This document shows positions 31,381 through 41,281 of a stretch of DNA of 64,000 nt, piece by piece (within the stretch, counting starts at the first letter, position 1; every line of letters begins with the position of its first letter). Origin of the DNA: an uncultured Solirubrobacterales bacterium (GTDB lineage: Bacteria > Actinomycetota > Thermoleophilia > Solirubrobacterales > 70-9); the NCBI GenBank assembly GCA_963841525.1, contig CAWJDA010000023.1, positions 76,563 through 140,562 on the forward strand, written 5' to 3'. A model generated the notes under the pieces. That model saw only the letters and a program-made list of their open reading frames with translations. It was not told the DNA's origin and did no database searches. The translations under genes were made by a program, and so were the position numbers.

Positions 31381-33846
31381 CTAGCGCCGCCTGCAGAGGG
31401 CGCGGTCGAGCACCATGAGGTTGGTGACCTTCCCGGGCGACCGGAAACGCACGCGGAGGACGCCCTTCTTGGCCGCCCAGGCCTGGCGCCCGATCGATCG
31501 GCCATCGACCCTGACCTCGCACGGCCTGAGCCTGTGGCGCAGCGTGCTCAGCGAGGCGTCCAGCACGATCCGGTGCCTCCTCGCCCGCCTGATCGTCAGC
31601 TCCCACGAGTGCTTGCGCTCCTTCGAGCGCAGCCCTCCGTTCTCGCCGAAGGGAGATCTCGACCTTCCGCGGGGGAAGGCGATCAGATGGAGCCGGTTCC
31701 GGACGTCGTCCAACCCCACCGTCGAGGCCGAGCCATAGCCGGAGAGGGTGTGAACCGTGGGCGGCAGCAACGGCAGGATCGCTCCCGCCCGTACCATCAG
31801 CGGCAGCTGGTCGAGTGGCGCGGGCACGCTGACGGTCCGTCCGCCCTTCAGGGTCTGGGCGCGCCGCAGGCGCAGCGCGCCGTTCGCCCCCTGGTAGGTG
31901 AGAGCACGCCAGAAGTCGATCCAATGCCCGCTCGGCAGATAGACGTCCCGCCCAGTCTGCCCAGGCTGGTGCACCGGTGCCGCCAGCAGATCCGGGCCGA
32001 ACAGGAACTCGTCCTCCTCACCTGAGGCCGTGGCGTCCCGGGGGTAGACCAGCGCCAGGTCCCGCATCAGGGGCAGCCCGGTACGCCGGTAGCTCGCATC
32101 CGCCGCCACCAGGTACGGGTAGAGCTGGGTACGCAGCTTCGCGTAGCGGCGCCAGATCGGCAGGATCGGCGGGTCCGTGACCTGTGGCCTCGCGTACTGA
32201 GTGAGCTTGAACCCATTGGCCTCGGTGCGCATCACGCCCGAGACGGCCCCGAACTCGATCCAGCGATCGAGCATCTCGGGGGTCAGCTGTCCGGCGAACA
32301 CGCTGAAGTAGCCGCCGATGTCGGAGCCCCAGCGCGAGATTCCCGACGTCCCCAGCGAGAGCGCCTGCTTGATCGCCGAGTCGAGCCCGTCGTAGCCCCA
32401 GTCCGTCGTGGGATCACCACCCCAGACGATCTGGGCGCAGCGTTGCGTCCCGGTCCAGCCGGAGCGCACGAATGGCGCCAGCGGGTGCGGCGCCCCGTGC
32501 GCGTAGTCGTAGGTGGCGCAGTGGTAGGTGGTCGGATACCGGTTGTGCATCTGTGTACCCGGTGTCCCGTCCGCGGACTTCGCGTCCAGCGGCGTGTACT
32601 CCCCGAAGTCCTCCATCCAACCGTCGTAGCCATGGCCCACGGCCTCACCGACCAGACGGTCCCAGAAGGCTTGCGTTCCGGGCGCGGTGAAGTCGAACTG
32701 GGAGACCGGGCTGAACAGGTTCCCGGTGTTCAGGTTGTAGACGTACGGCGCATTGGCCGCGTTTGTGTTCAGCACGCCCGCCGCGACGGCCTGGGAGTAG
32801 GCGGGCTGATAGCTCGTGCAGATCATCGGGTTGAAGTAGGCGGTGATCGCGTAGCCGAGGTCGTGGAACCCCTCCGTGAATGGCGGTTGCTGGGACTCGA
32901 CGCCCTGCTGGGCTCCGCAGGGCAGATAGTGGAGGTAGGTGTTGACCGCCGAGCCGGGCACGTCGGCGGCGCGCAGTGCCCTCGCCTGGCCGAGCTGGTC
33001 CGAAGCGGTCGGCTGATACCAGGGGCCGAAGACCCAGGGCGCGGCCGGGGCGGGCTGGCGGCCTGTGATCTCGGTGAGGCGGCGCAGGGCGTCGGCCGGC
33101 TCGGGGCCGGCGACGAAGCGAAGGCTCAGTTTCGTCGCCTGCACCTCGACGCTCCAGGCGGACGGGTCCGAGTTGCCAAGGCGGAAGTAGCTCGTCTCGT
33201 CGTTGCCGAGCAGAACCCCGTAGCCGTCGGTGGAGAGCAGCCACGGGACCGGGAAGTAGGTGGCGTCATCGCGCGGGTGCCACCCCTGTGGCGGGATGAA
33301 CGCGCCGATCAGCGCCCTGTCGGCGGGCGCGTAGGGACCGTCCGAGACGTAGTCCTCGACCTCATTGCCGCGCTGATCGACGGCGTTGGAGCGCTCTCCG
33401 AAGCCGAGGAAACGCTCACCCGGCCGCGAGTCGAAACCGATCCCGATGGCGGTGACCCCCGCTGTCGGGCCGGTGACCGATGCGGTCAGCCGGATCACCC
33501 CCTCGCGGTCCGGCTCGAGGCCGACCCGGATCCCACGGGTCGGATCGGTGGTCTCCAGCTGCGCGACGTAGCTGGCGCCCTCCATGCCGCCGGAGATGAC
33601 GCGGGTGGCATGGGACCAGCCCGTTGGGGTGCTGAAGCCGAGCGTACCGGTCGGCCCACCTCCCAGGCCGGGGTTCTCGCTGAGGACGGTGTGGCCCGAT
33701 CGGTCCGTAATCGTCAGATGCCAGGGGTCCGGCTCGACGGCGGCCTGCAGCGGGCCCGAGGACACATCTCCGAACGCCGAGGCGGTTGGAATGAGAAGAG
33801 TCAGTGCAAACGCGGCGGAGAGCCAGAGCCCCCGCCAGGACCGCAT
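31381..33846 (-). CDS. glycoside hydrolase family 31 (alpha-glucosidase/xylosidase-like), secreted
   Basis: 821 aa with a signal peptide, GYDGWMEDFGEYTP and SGWTGTQRCAQIVWGGD motifs. Confidence 0.85.
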   Translation of the reverse strand: MRSWRGLWLSAAFALTLLIPTASAFGDVSSGPLQAAVEPDPWHLTITDRSGHTVLSENPGLGGGPTGTLGFSTPTGWSHATRVISGGMEGASYVAQLETTDPTRGIRVGLEPDREGVIRLTASVTGPTAGVTAIGIGFDSRPGERFLGFGERSNAVDQRGNEVEDYVSDGPYAPADRALIGAFIPPQGWHPRDDATYFPVPWLLSTDGYGVLLGNDETSYFRLGNSDPSAWSVEVQATKLSLRFVAGPEPADALRRLTEITGRQPAPAAPWVFGPWYQPTASDQLGQARALRAADVPGSAVNTYLHYLPCGAQQGVESQQPPFTEGFHDLGYAITAYFNPMICTSYQPAYSQAVAAGVLNTNAANAPYVYNLNTGNLFSPVSQFDFTAPGTQAFWDRLVGEAVGHGYDGWMEDFGEYTPLDAKSADGTPGTQMHNRYPTTYHCATYDYAHGAPHPLAPFVRSGWTGTQRCAQIVWGGDPTTDWGYDGLDSAIKQALSLGTSGISRWGSDIGGYFSVFAGQLTPEMLDRWIEFGAVSGVMRTEANGFKLTQYARPQVTDPPILPIWRRYAKLRTQLYPYLVAADASYRRTGLPLMRDLALVYPRDATASGEEDEFLFGPDLLAAPVHQPGQTGRDVYLPSGHWIDFWRALTYQGANGALRLRRAQTLKGGRTVSVPAPLDQLPLMVRAGAILPLLPPTVHTLSGYGSASTVGLDDVRNRLHLIAFPRGRSRSPFGENGGLRSKERKHSWELTIRRARRHRIVLDASLSTLRHRLRPCEVRVDGRSIGRQAWAAKKGVLRVRFRSPGKVTNLMVLDRALCRRR

Positions 33847-33859
33847 CGGGCGATGTGCC

Positions 33860-34132
33860 TCAGCCGCCGGCCACCGCGGGCAGGATCGTCACCTCGTCGC
33901 CATCGTTCACGGCGGTGTCGAGGCCGTCCTGGAAGCGGATGTCCTCACCGGAGACGTAGACGTTGACGAAGCGGCGCAGGTCCCCGTCCTGGGTGATCCG
34001 CTCGCGAAGGCCGTCGTGCTGGTCGAAGACGGCGTCCAGCGCCTCGCCGACGGTCGATCCCTCGACCTCGAGCTCACCCTCGCCCCCGGTGGCCGCGCGC
34101 AGCTGGGCTGGAATCTTCACCGTGATGCTCAT
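33860..34132 (-). CDS. MoaD/ThiS-family sulfur-carrier protein with C-terminal GG
   Basis: 90 aa, MSITVKIPAQLRAATGG...DGDEVTILPAVAGG then stop. Confidence 0.85.
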   Translation of the reverse strand: MSITVKIPAQLRAATGGEGELEVEGSTVGEALDAVFDQHDGLRERITQDGDLRRFVNVYVSGEDIRFQDGLDTAVNDGDEVTILPAVAGG

Positions 34133-34176
34133 CGTGCGGCGGAGATCTTAGTCATCGCTCCACCCTGGCCGCATTG

Positions 34177-35409
34177 CTACGCGGAGGCAACCACGCCATC
34201 GAACTCGGCATCGAACGCATCGAGCGTGGGCTCGATCTCGTGCATCACGAAGGACTCGCGCACCGCGTCGAGCGTCTTCAGCCCCTCGCCGGTGATGTAG
34301 GCGACCACTCGCTCGTTCGAGCCGATCCGGCCGGCCTCGGCGAGCTTCGTGAGTACGCCGATCGTGACGCCTCCGGCGGTCTCCGTGAAGACGCCCGTTG
34401 TCTCCGCCAGCAGCCGGATCCCCTGGCGGATCTCGTCGTCGGTCACCGACTCGATCACACCGTCGGTCTCGCGGGCCAGCTCGAGCGCGTAAGGGCCGTC
34501 GGCCGGATCGCCGATCGCGAGGCTCTTGGCGATCGTGTCGGGCCGCTGCGGCTTGCAGACGTCCCAGCCCTCGGCGAATGCGGTAGCCACCGGCGAGCAG
34601 CCTTCTGCCTGCGCACCCGAGAAGACGGGCAGCTCACCCTGCACGAGTCCCAGTTCGAGCCAGTCGCGCATGCCCTTGGCGAGCTTCGTGAACATGGACC
34701 CGGAGGCGATCGGCGCCACCACCCGGTCCGGAAGGCTCCACCCCAGTTGCTCGATGGTCTCGAACGCCAGCGTCTTCGACCCCTCCGAGTAGTACGGGCG
34801 CAGGTTGACGTTGACGAAGGCCCAGGGGTGGGTCTGGCTGAGCTCGGTGCAGAGCCGGTTGACGTCGTCGTAGGTGCCGCGGATGCCGACCAGGTTGGTC
34901 CCGTAGATGCCGGTGGCGAGCAGCTTCTGCTCCTCGAGGTCGTAAGGGACGAACACGTAGGAGTCGAGGCCGGCGGCCGCCGAGTGCGCCGCTACTGCGT
35001 TCGCGAGATTGCCGGTCGAGGCGCAGGCGACGGTCTCGAAGCCGAGCTCCTTCGCCTTCGCGACCGCGACTGCGACCACGCGATCCTTGAAGGAGTGCGT
35101 GGGGTTCGCGGCGTCGTTCTTGATCCAGAGCTCGCCCAGGCCGAGCCGCTCGGCCAGCCGGTCGGCGCGGATCAGGGGCGTCAGCCCCGGCTCGAGCGGA
35201 TCGCCGGGCCGCCCATCGAACGGCAGGAAGTCCGAGTAGCGCCAGATCCCCCGCGACCCCGCCTGGATCTTCCGCCGCGCCTCGTCGGGATCGAGGCCCA
35301 AGAGGTCATAGGCGACCTCGAGCGGCCCGAAACACTGCTCGCAGACGAAACGAGCATCGAGCGGGTAGTTCTCCCCGCACTCCTTGCATCTCAGTGATTG
35401 AACTGCCAT
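34177..35409 (-). CDS. threonine-synthase-like PLP enzyme with N-terminal Zn ribbon (candidate sulfur-carrier-dependent homocysteine synthase)
   Basis: From ATG 35409 (SD GAGGAG): MAVQSLRCKECGENYPLDARFVCEQCFGPLEV...NPTHSFKDRV (PLP lysine). The ORF-track start 35580 lies inside the riboswitch. Confidence 0.85.
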   Translation of the reverse strand: MAVQSLRCKECGENYPLDARFVCEQCFGPLEVAYDLLGLDPDEARRKIQAGSRGIWRYSDFLPFDGRPGDPLEPGLTPLIRADRLAERLGLGELWIKNDAANPTHSFKDRVVAVAVAKAKELGFETVACASTGNLANAVAAHSAAAGLDSYVFVPYDLEEQKLLATGIYGTNLVGIRGTYDDVNRLCTELSQTHPWAFVNVNLRPYYSEGSKTLAFETIEQLGWSLPDRVVAPIASGSMFTKLAKGMRDWLELGLVQGELPVFSGAQAEGCSPVATAFAEGWDVCKPQRPDTIAKSLAIGDPADGPYALELARETDGVIESVTDDEIRQGIRLLAETTGVFTETAGGVTIGVLTKLAEAGRIGSNERVVAYITGEGLKTLDAVRESFVMHEIEPTLDAFDAEFDGVVASA

Positions 35410-35422
35410 CGGCTCCTCTACG

Positions 35423-35598
35423 AAAAAACCTCCGGCCGGGCTCGATGTGGGCGGAGGTTCCGTGAGGAGCGCTCTTCCCACATCTTCCAGGCTCTGACCA
35501 GAAACACCTGCTGGAGTTGGCACCTTCCTCGGACTGAGTCCGAGGGGGTTGCCGGGGCTTCTTCGGGCCAGTCCCTCCACCCCTCTTGATGTGGTGAG
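35423..35598 (-). promoter_or_regulatory. SAM-I (S-box) riboswitch with intrinsic terminator
   Basis: Minus strand CCACATCAAGAGGGGTGGAGGGACTGGCCCGAAGAAGCCCCGGCAACC...GAGGAAGGTGCCAACTCCAGCAGG...GGAAGATGTGG. The terminator follows: AACCTCCGCCCACATCGAGCCCGGCCGGAGGTTTTTT. CCCACATC can pair with the P1 3' strand as an antiterminator. A possible extended -10 TGCTATATT lies at 35611-35619. Confidence 0.85.
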
Positions 35599-35790
35599 TA
35601 TGTGCAGGGAAATATAGCAACGGCCGCTCCGTCAATTGCCGGCTGCTCCGCTTCGCGTCCGCGCCGCATATACATGCGCAATCCGGGCACCGATGTGCGC
35701 CCGCAACCCGCCCGCCGCAGTACAGTGGATTGACCATGGAAATGGAAGCGACGATGATCCGAGGGCGCTCCGCGAGGAGCAAGCCGTCTG

Positions 35791-36807
35791 ATGGAGCTCC
35801 GGAAGATGCCGAACCTCCCTCGCCCCAGACTGCGCAGGACCCGCGCCGGCGAGCTCGTCGCGCCGCTTCCGCCTGAGCCTCAGGCGCCGAAGGTCGAGGA
35901 GATCGCCGCGGAGGGCCTCCGCTGGGTGAAGATCGACCAGGCGGGCGCGCCGGAGCAGGCCTGGCTCGAGGAGAACTTCGACTTCCACGCCCTGGACTAC
36001 GAGGACGTGCTCTCCCGCAACCAGCGGCCGAAGATCGACGTCTACGACGAGTACCTGTTCATCGTCCTGCAGTTCCCGATCTTCGATCGCACCGCCCGTC
36101 GCCTCGGCGCGGGCGAGCTCGACCTCTTCGTGGGGCCCGGATTCCTGATCACGATCCCCAACCAGCCGCTGCAACCCGTCGAGTACCTGTTCGAGCGCTG
36201 CCGCCAAAAGGAGGAGATGCGCGAGCAGCTCTTCTCCCGCGGCTCCGGCTACCTGCTCTATCGGATCGTCGATGACGGCTTCGACTACTGCTTCCCGATG
36301 CTGCGGAAGATCGGCAACAAGCTCGACGTGCTCGAGGAGGAGATCTTCGAGGGCCGCTCAGAGGAGATCGTGCGCGACATCTCCAACGTCAAGCAGGAGA
36401 TCATCAACTTCCGCAAGGTGATCAGGCCGCAGCGCCCGGTGCTCCGCGACCTCGAGAAGGTGAAGCAGCGCTACCTGGCGCCCGACATGGACCTCGAGAT
36501 CTACTTCGACGACATCGTCGACGCCCAGGAGCGCATCTGGGACATGCTCGAGAACTACAAGGAGGTCGTGGAGGCGCTCGAGGACACCAACGAATCGGTG
36601 ATCTCCCACCGCGTCAACGACATCCTTCGCGTCCTCACCTCGATCAGCGTCATCGTGCTGCCGCTGACCCTGCTGGCGAGCATCTGGGGCATGAACGTGC
36701 GCGTTCCGGGCGAGCAGAACATGACCGCCTTCTGGGTGATCGCGGGAGTGATGGTCGTGCTGCTGGTCGGCATGGTGGCCTTCTTCCGCAAGCGCGGCTG
36801 GCTGTAG
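35791..36807 (+). CDS. corA: CorA-family magnesium/cobalt transporter
   Basis: 338 aa with two C-terminal TM segments and the GMN motif (ASIWGMNVRVPG). Confidence 0.9.
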   Translation: MELRKMPNLPRPRLRRTRAGELVAPLPPEPQAPKVEEIAAEGLRWVKIDQAGAPEQAWLEENFDFHALDYEDVLSRNQRPKIDVYDEYLFIVLQFPIFDRTARRLGAGELDLFVGPGFLITIPNQPLQPVEYLFERCRQKEEMREQLFSRGSGYLLYRIVDDGFDYCFPMLRKIGNKLDVLEEEIFEGRSEEIVRDISNVKQEIINFRKVIRPQRPVLRDLEKVKQRYLAPDMDLEIYFDDIVDAQERIWDMLENYKEVVEALEDTNESVISHRVNDILRVLTSISVIVLPLTLLASIWGMNVRVPGEQNMTAFWVIAGVMVVLLVGMVAFFRKRGWL

Positions 36808-36824
36808 CTACATACGATTCGGCC

Positions 36825-37316
36825 GTGCCGACTCAGCGAATCTGGGCGCCCTGGCGCCTCGAGTACGTGAAGGACGCCTCCAAGGACAAAGAGAGCGAGT
36901 GCATCTTCTGCGCGGCCCTCGCCGCGGACGACGATGAGGCGTACCTGATCGTCCATCGTGGCGAGAGCTGCTTCGTGATCCTCAACAAATACCCGTACAC
37001 GAACGGGCACCTGATGGTCGCCCCTTATCAGCACCTCTCCACGCTGCAGGCCCTCGACGCCGAGACGACCACCGAGATGATGGCCCTCGCCAAGCGCGGC
37101 ATGACCGCGCTCGAGGCGAGCTATGCGCCGCACGGCTACAACGTCGGCGTCAATCAGGGCCGCGTCGCCGGCGCCGGGGTCGAGCACCACATCCACATGC
37201 ACGTCGTCCCCCGCTGGGGAGGCGACACGAACTTCATGCCCGTCCTCGGCGACACCCGGGTGATGAACGAGACCCTCGAAGACAGCTACGCGACCGTGCG
37301 CGAGGCCTTCGGCTGA
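36825..37316 (+). CDS. HIT family protein (Ap4A phosphorylase / GalT-like branch)
   Basis: 163 aa, YPYTNGHLMV and VEHHIHMHVVPRW. Confidence 0.85.
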   Translation: MPTQRIWAPWRLEYVKDASKDKESECIFCAALAADDDEAYLIVHRGESCFVILNKYPYTNGHLMVAPYQHLSTLQALDAETTTEMMALAKRGMTALEASYAPHGYNVGVNQGRVAGAGVEHHIHMHVVPRWGGDTNFMPVLGDTRVMNETLEDSYATVREAFG

Positions 37317-37318
37317 CG

Positions 37319-38695
37319 ATGGCGATCACCGCCCCACCGCCCGGCATCTTCAAGGCCTACGACATCCGCGGCATCTACGGCGAGGAACTCGACGCCGCGA
37401 CCGCTCATCTGATCGGTCGCGCCTTCGCCCGGGTGCTGGCCAGGCTTCGGGACAAGGAGGCCTCCGAGCTCCGCATCGGCCTGGGCCGCGACATGCGTCT
37501 GAGCGGTCCGGAGATGGCCGCCGGTGTCCGGCAGGGACTGGTCGAGGAGGGCGTCACGGTGATCGATGCCGGGCAGGTGGCGACGGAGATGACCTATTAC
37601 CTGGTCGGCTCACGCGAGCTCGACGGCGGGGCCATGGTGACTGCCTCGCACAACCCGAAGAAGTACACCGGGGTGAAATTGCTGAGAGAGGGCGCGCTCG
37701 CCCTGTCTGGCGACGCCGGCATCCAGGACGTCCGCGCCGAGATCGAGGCCGGCCTGACCGAGCCGCACGGCGGCGGCTCGGTCGAGGAAGTCGACGTCTA
37801 CCCCGACTTTCATGAGCATATGCTCTCCCTGATCGACCCTGAGACGATCGGCCCGCTGCGCATCCTGGCCGACGGCAGCGACGGGATGGCCGGCCCGATG
37901 GTCGGACCCCTGCTCGATCAGCTGAACCTCGAGGTCACCACCAGCCGCTGGGAGCCGAACGGCGACTTCCCCGAGGCCGGGCCCAACCCATTCCTCGAGG
38001 AGAACCGCCGCATGCTGGTCGAGCAGGTGAAGAAGGAGGGCGTCGACCTGGCGATCGCCTGGGACGGCGACGCCGACCGCTGCTTCTTCATCGACAGTGA
38101 GGGCAACTTCTGTGACGGCGATTTCGTCTGCGCGCTGCTCGCGCGGGCTGCGCTCGCCAAGCAGCCGGGCTCGACCGTCCTCTACGACCCGCGCTCGAGC
38201 CGGGCGGTCCCCGACATCGTCGCCGCGGCGGGCGGGAAATCGGATCTGAGCCGCGTCGGGCACGCGTTCTTCAAGGTCCGGATGCGCGAGACCGGCGCGA
38301 TCTTCGGCGGTGAGGTCTCCGGCCACTACTACTTCCGCGACTTCTACTGCGCGGACTCGGGAACGATCCCGGCGCTACTCATGCTGGAGCTGATCTCTCG
38401 TGAGGGCCGCTCGCTGCACGATCTGATGGCGGAGTTCCGGTCCCGCTACTTCATCTCCGGCGAGATCAACTCCGAGGTGGCCGACCAGGAAGGCAAGATG
38501 CGCGAGATCGCCGAGCGCTACTCCGACGGCGAGATCACGCACCTCGACGGCGTCTCCGTCGACTATCCGGACTGGCACTTCAACGTGCGCCCCTCGAACA
38601 CCGAGCCTCTTCTGCGCCTCAACCTCGAGTCGCTGGTCTCCCCGGAGGACATGGAGGCCAAGCGCGACGAGGTTCTGGGGCTGATCAGGTCGTGA
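37319..38695 (+). CDS. phosphomannomutase/phosphoglucomutase
   Basis: 458 aa, MVTASHNPKKYTG, AWDGDADRC and GGEVSGHYYF. Confidence 0.9.
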   Translation: MAITAPPPGIFKAYDIRGIYGEELDAATAHLIGRAFARVLARLRDKEASELRIGLGRDMRLSGPEMAAGVRQGLVEEGVTVIDAGQVATEMTYYLVGSRELDGGAMVTASHNPKKYTGVKLLREGALALSGDAGIQDVRAEIEAGLTEPHGGGSVEEVDVYPDFHEHMLSLIDPETIGPLRILADGSDGMAGPMVGPLLDQLNLEVTTSRWEPNGDFPEAGPNPFLEENRRMLVEQVKKEGVDLAIAWDGDADRCFFIDSEGNFCDGDFVCALLARAALAKQPGSTVLYDPRSSRAVPDIVAAAGGKSDLSRVGHAFFKVRMRETGAIFGGEVSGHYYFRDFYCADSGTIPALLMLELISREGRSLHDLMAEFRSRYFISGEINSEVADQEGKMREIAERYSDGEITHLDGVSVDYPDWHFNVRPSNTEPLLRLNLESLVSPEDMEAKRDEVLGLIRS

Positions 38696-39762
38696 GCGAT
38701 GACGTCTCGCCGGCAATTTGGCAGCAGATAGCCGACGCGGGCATTCGCGTTCTTCGGATCCCCACCCCCTTCCAGGTCGGCCGGGTCAACACCTACCTGC
38801 TCGAGGACGTGCCGCTAACGCTGGTCGATTCGGGCCCCAACTCCGGCAAGGCGCTCGACGAGCTGGAGCGCCAGTTGGATGCCCTCGGCCATCGGATCGA
38901 GGACCTCGAGCTGGTGATCGTCACTCACCAGCACATCGACCACCTCGGGCTGGTCGACATCGTCGCCAACCGCTCTGGCGCCGAGGTGGCGGCAATCGAC
39001 GTGGCGGTTCCCTTCCTCGAGAACTTCGGCGACGACGCCGAACGAGACGACGAGGAGGCGGCCGCCCTGATGCGAAGACACGGGATTTCCGAAGAGGTGG
39101 TCAGGGCGCTGCTCCAGGTGACCGGCAGCTTCCGCGCCTGGGGGTCGAAGATCAAGGTGAGCCGCCCGCTGCGCGACGGTGAGCTGATCAATCTCCGCGA
39201 TCGAAAGCTCGAGGTCCAGCACCGTCCGGGACACAGCCCCTCGGACACCGTCTTCTGGGACGAGGACCGCCGCATCCTGCTCGCCGCCGACCACCTGATC
39301 AGGCACATCTCCTCGAACCCATTGATCTCGAGGCCTCTGGACGGCTCGGCCCAGCGAACGCAGGCCCTGGTCACCTACCTCGAGTCGCTGAAGAGGACGC
39401 GAGAGCTGCCGGCGGAGATCGTGCTCGCCGGGCACGGCGAGCCCATCACCGACCACGTCGCTCTGATCGACTCGCGCTTCGCGATGCACCAGCGGCGGGC
39501 GGAGAAGCTCTACGGGCTGATCTCCGAGCAGTCGCGGACTGGGCACGAGATCGCCCAGGCGATCTGGGGCGACGTGGCGGTGACGCAGGCCTTCCTGACG
39601 CTGTCGGAGGTGATCGGGCATGTCGACCTGCTCGTCAACGCGGGGTACGTCCGGGAGATCGAGTCCGGAGAGGTCGTCCGCTATGAGGCGACTTCGGACA
39701 CTCCGGCGGACCGGCTCGGCGACCTGATCCCGGGCGGTAACCCGGTCGTAGCCGAGGGTTAG
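38692..39762 (+). CDS. MBL-fold metallo-hydrolase
   Basis: 356 aa, VIVTHQHIDHLG. Start overlaps the upstream stop. Confidence 0.8.
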   Translation: MSDDVSPAIWQQIADAGIRVLRIPTPFQVGRVNTYLLEDVPLTLVDSGPNSGKALDELERQLDALGHRIEDLELVIVTHQHIDHLGLVDIVANRSGAEVAAIDVAVPFLENFGDDAERDDEEAAALMRRHGISEEVVRALLQVTGSFRAWGSKIKVSRPLRDGELINLRDRKLEVQHRPGHSPSDTVFWDEDRRILLAADHLIRHISSNPLISRPLDGSAQRTQALVTYLESLKRTRELPAEIVLAGHGEPITDHVALIDSRFAMHQRRAEKLYGLISEQSRTGHEIAQAIWGDVAVTQAFLTLSEVIGHVDLLVNAGYVREIESGEVVRYEATSDTPADRLGDLIPGGNPVVAEG

Positions 39763-39770
39763 AAGACACC

Positions 39771-40784
39771 GTGCCGCCGACGATGGCCCCTGCCCAGCGA
39801 GACCCCGCGCCGGCGGCCCGCGCTGTCCCGCTCGCCCCCAACGCGGACCGCAAGAGGATGCTGATCATCGTCAACCCGTACGCCACCACGGTGTCGGACC
39901 GGCTCAAGAACCTGGTGGTCTATGCGCTTCAGGCCCGCTACGACGTCGAGGCCGTCGACACCGAGGCCGCGGAGCACGCGATCGAGATCGGCCGGGAGGC
40001 TCGCCACGGCGGCTATGACATCGTCGTCGCCTTCGGTGGAGACGGAACCCTCAACGAGGTCGCCAACGGGCTTGCCGGGACCGACGTCCCGGTCTCCGTG
40101 CTCCCCGGCGGATCCACGAACGTGGTCTGCCGGACGCTCGGCATCCCGAACGACGTGGTCGACGCCACCGAGCACCTGATCGGCCTCGCCGACGACTTCC
40201 GGCCCCGCAAGATCGACCTCGGCCGCTGCAACGGCCGCCACTTCGTCTTCGCCTGCGGCGTCGGGCTTGATGCCACGGTCGTCAAGCGCGTCGACGCCCA
40301 TCCCCGCCTCAAGGCCCGCGCGCGGCAGTGGTACTACACCTGGGCCGCGATCTCCGGCTTCTACCGGCACTACCTGCGCAACCCGGTGCGGCTCGAACTC
40401 GAGGTCGCCGGGGAGAAGCACGCGGGGGTCACCGCGATCGCACAGAACTCCGATCCCTTCACCTACTTCAGCAACATCCCGATCCGGATCTGCGAGGACG
40501 TCGGCCTCGACGACGGCACGCTCTCGATGGCCCTGCTCCATCGCGCCAAGCAGCGCGACATGCTGCCGATCGCGGCCCGGGTGCTGAGTCATAGCCTCCA
40601 CGCCACCAGGCACCGCCAGATCGACGAGTTCGACCTGGTCAGGAAGGCCATGGTCCGCTCGATCTCCGTGGACGAGGAGGGACAGCCGCGGCCCTTCCCC
40701 GTCCAGATCGACGGGGACTACCTGGGCGAGTACACCGAGCTGCGCTTCAGGGTCTACCCCAGCGCCCTCACGATCGTCGCTTAG
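39771..40784 (+). CDS. diacylglycerol/lipid kinase family protein
   Basis: 337 aa, RMLIIVNPYA and VVAFGGDGTLNEV. Confidence 0.85.
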   Translation: MPPTMAPAQRDPAPAARAVPLAPNADRKRMLIIVNPYATTVSDRLKNLVVYALQARYDVEAVDTEAAEHAIEIGREARHGGYDIVVAFGGDGTLNEVANGLAGTDVPVSVLPGGSTNVVCRTLGIPNDVVDATEHLIGLADDFRPRKIDLGRCNGRHFVFACGVGLDATVVKRVDAHPRLKARARQWYYTWAAISGFYRHYLRNPVRLELEVAGEKHAGVTAIAQNSDPFTYFSNIPIRICEDVGLDDGTLSMALLHRAKQRDMLPIAARVLSHSLHATRHRQIDEFDLVRKAMVRSISVDEEGQPRPFPVQIDGDYLGEYTELRFRVYPSALTIVA

Positions 40785-40821
40785 CGGCCGCTCGTGGCCG
40801 CGATTGATGGCGAAGCCGTCC

Positions 40822-41262
40822 CTACTTGTGCCGGGCCGTGAAGTTTGTCTTCGTCTTGCCCTGCGCGCACAGGTCCTGCGCGAAGAAGTTGTACACCGCG
40901 TATCCCTCGACCTCGTTCGAGCTCACGAAACGGCCGTGGATCTTGTCCACCTTTGTGCCGAAGAAGGTCTGTTTGAAGGTGAATGAGCGGCCCTTGCGGC
41001 GGGTCGTCACGGGGCCCTCCTGGGTGAACACCGGCGTGGAGATGCAGAGCCCGAAGGCTACGGACGGCTCGGTGGTCAGCGTCACCTTCCCCTTCTTCAC
41101 GCTGAACTGGATCTGGTTGAAGGGCGAGTTGACGACTGCCTGTGCCGTCTTCCCGCTGTAACTCCCGGATTTGATCCCCGCCCCTGCGCTCGCGGACCCG
41201 GGCGCGATCACCACGAGGGCGGCGAGCAGGGCGAGGGCCAGCACGACCATCCGGCGGTTCAC
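40822..41262 (-). CDS. secreted hypothetical protein
   Basis: 146 aa with signal peptide MNRRMVVLALALLAALVVIAPGSASA. Confidence 0.6.
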   Translation of the reverse strand: MNRRMVVLALALLAALVVIAPGSASAGAGIKSGSYSGKTAQAVVNSPFNQIQFSVKKGKVTLTTEPSVAFGLCISTPVFTQEGPVTTRRKGRSFTFKQTFFGTKVDKIHGRFVSSNEVEGYAVYNFFAQDLCAQGKTKTNFTARHK

Positions 41263-41281
41263 CGTCGCCTGCTCCTGCGGT

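Noticed and set aside
31109-32025. ORFs 31109..31924(-) and 31234..32025(+) overlapping the GH31 3' region and the secreted-protein gene
   Set aside because: They are compositionally biased shadow frames, whereas the GH31 frame is continuous and motif-bearing.
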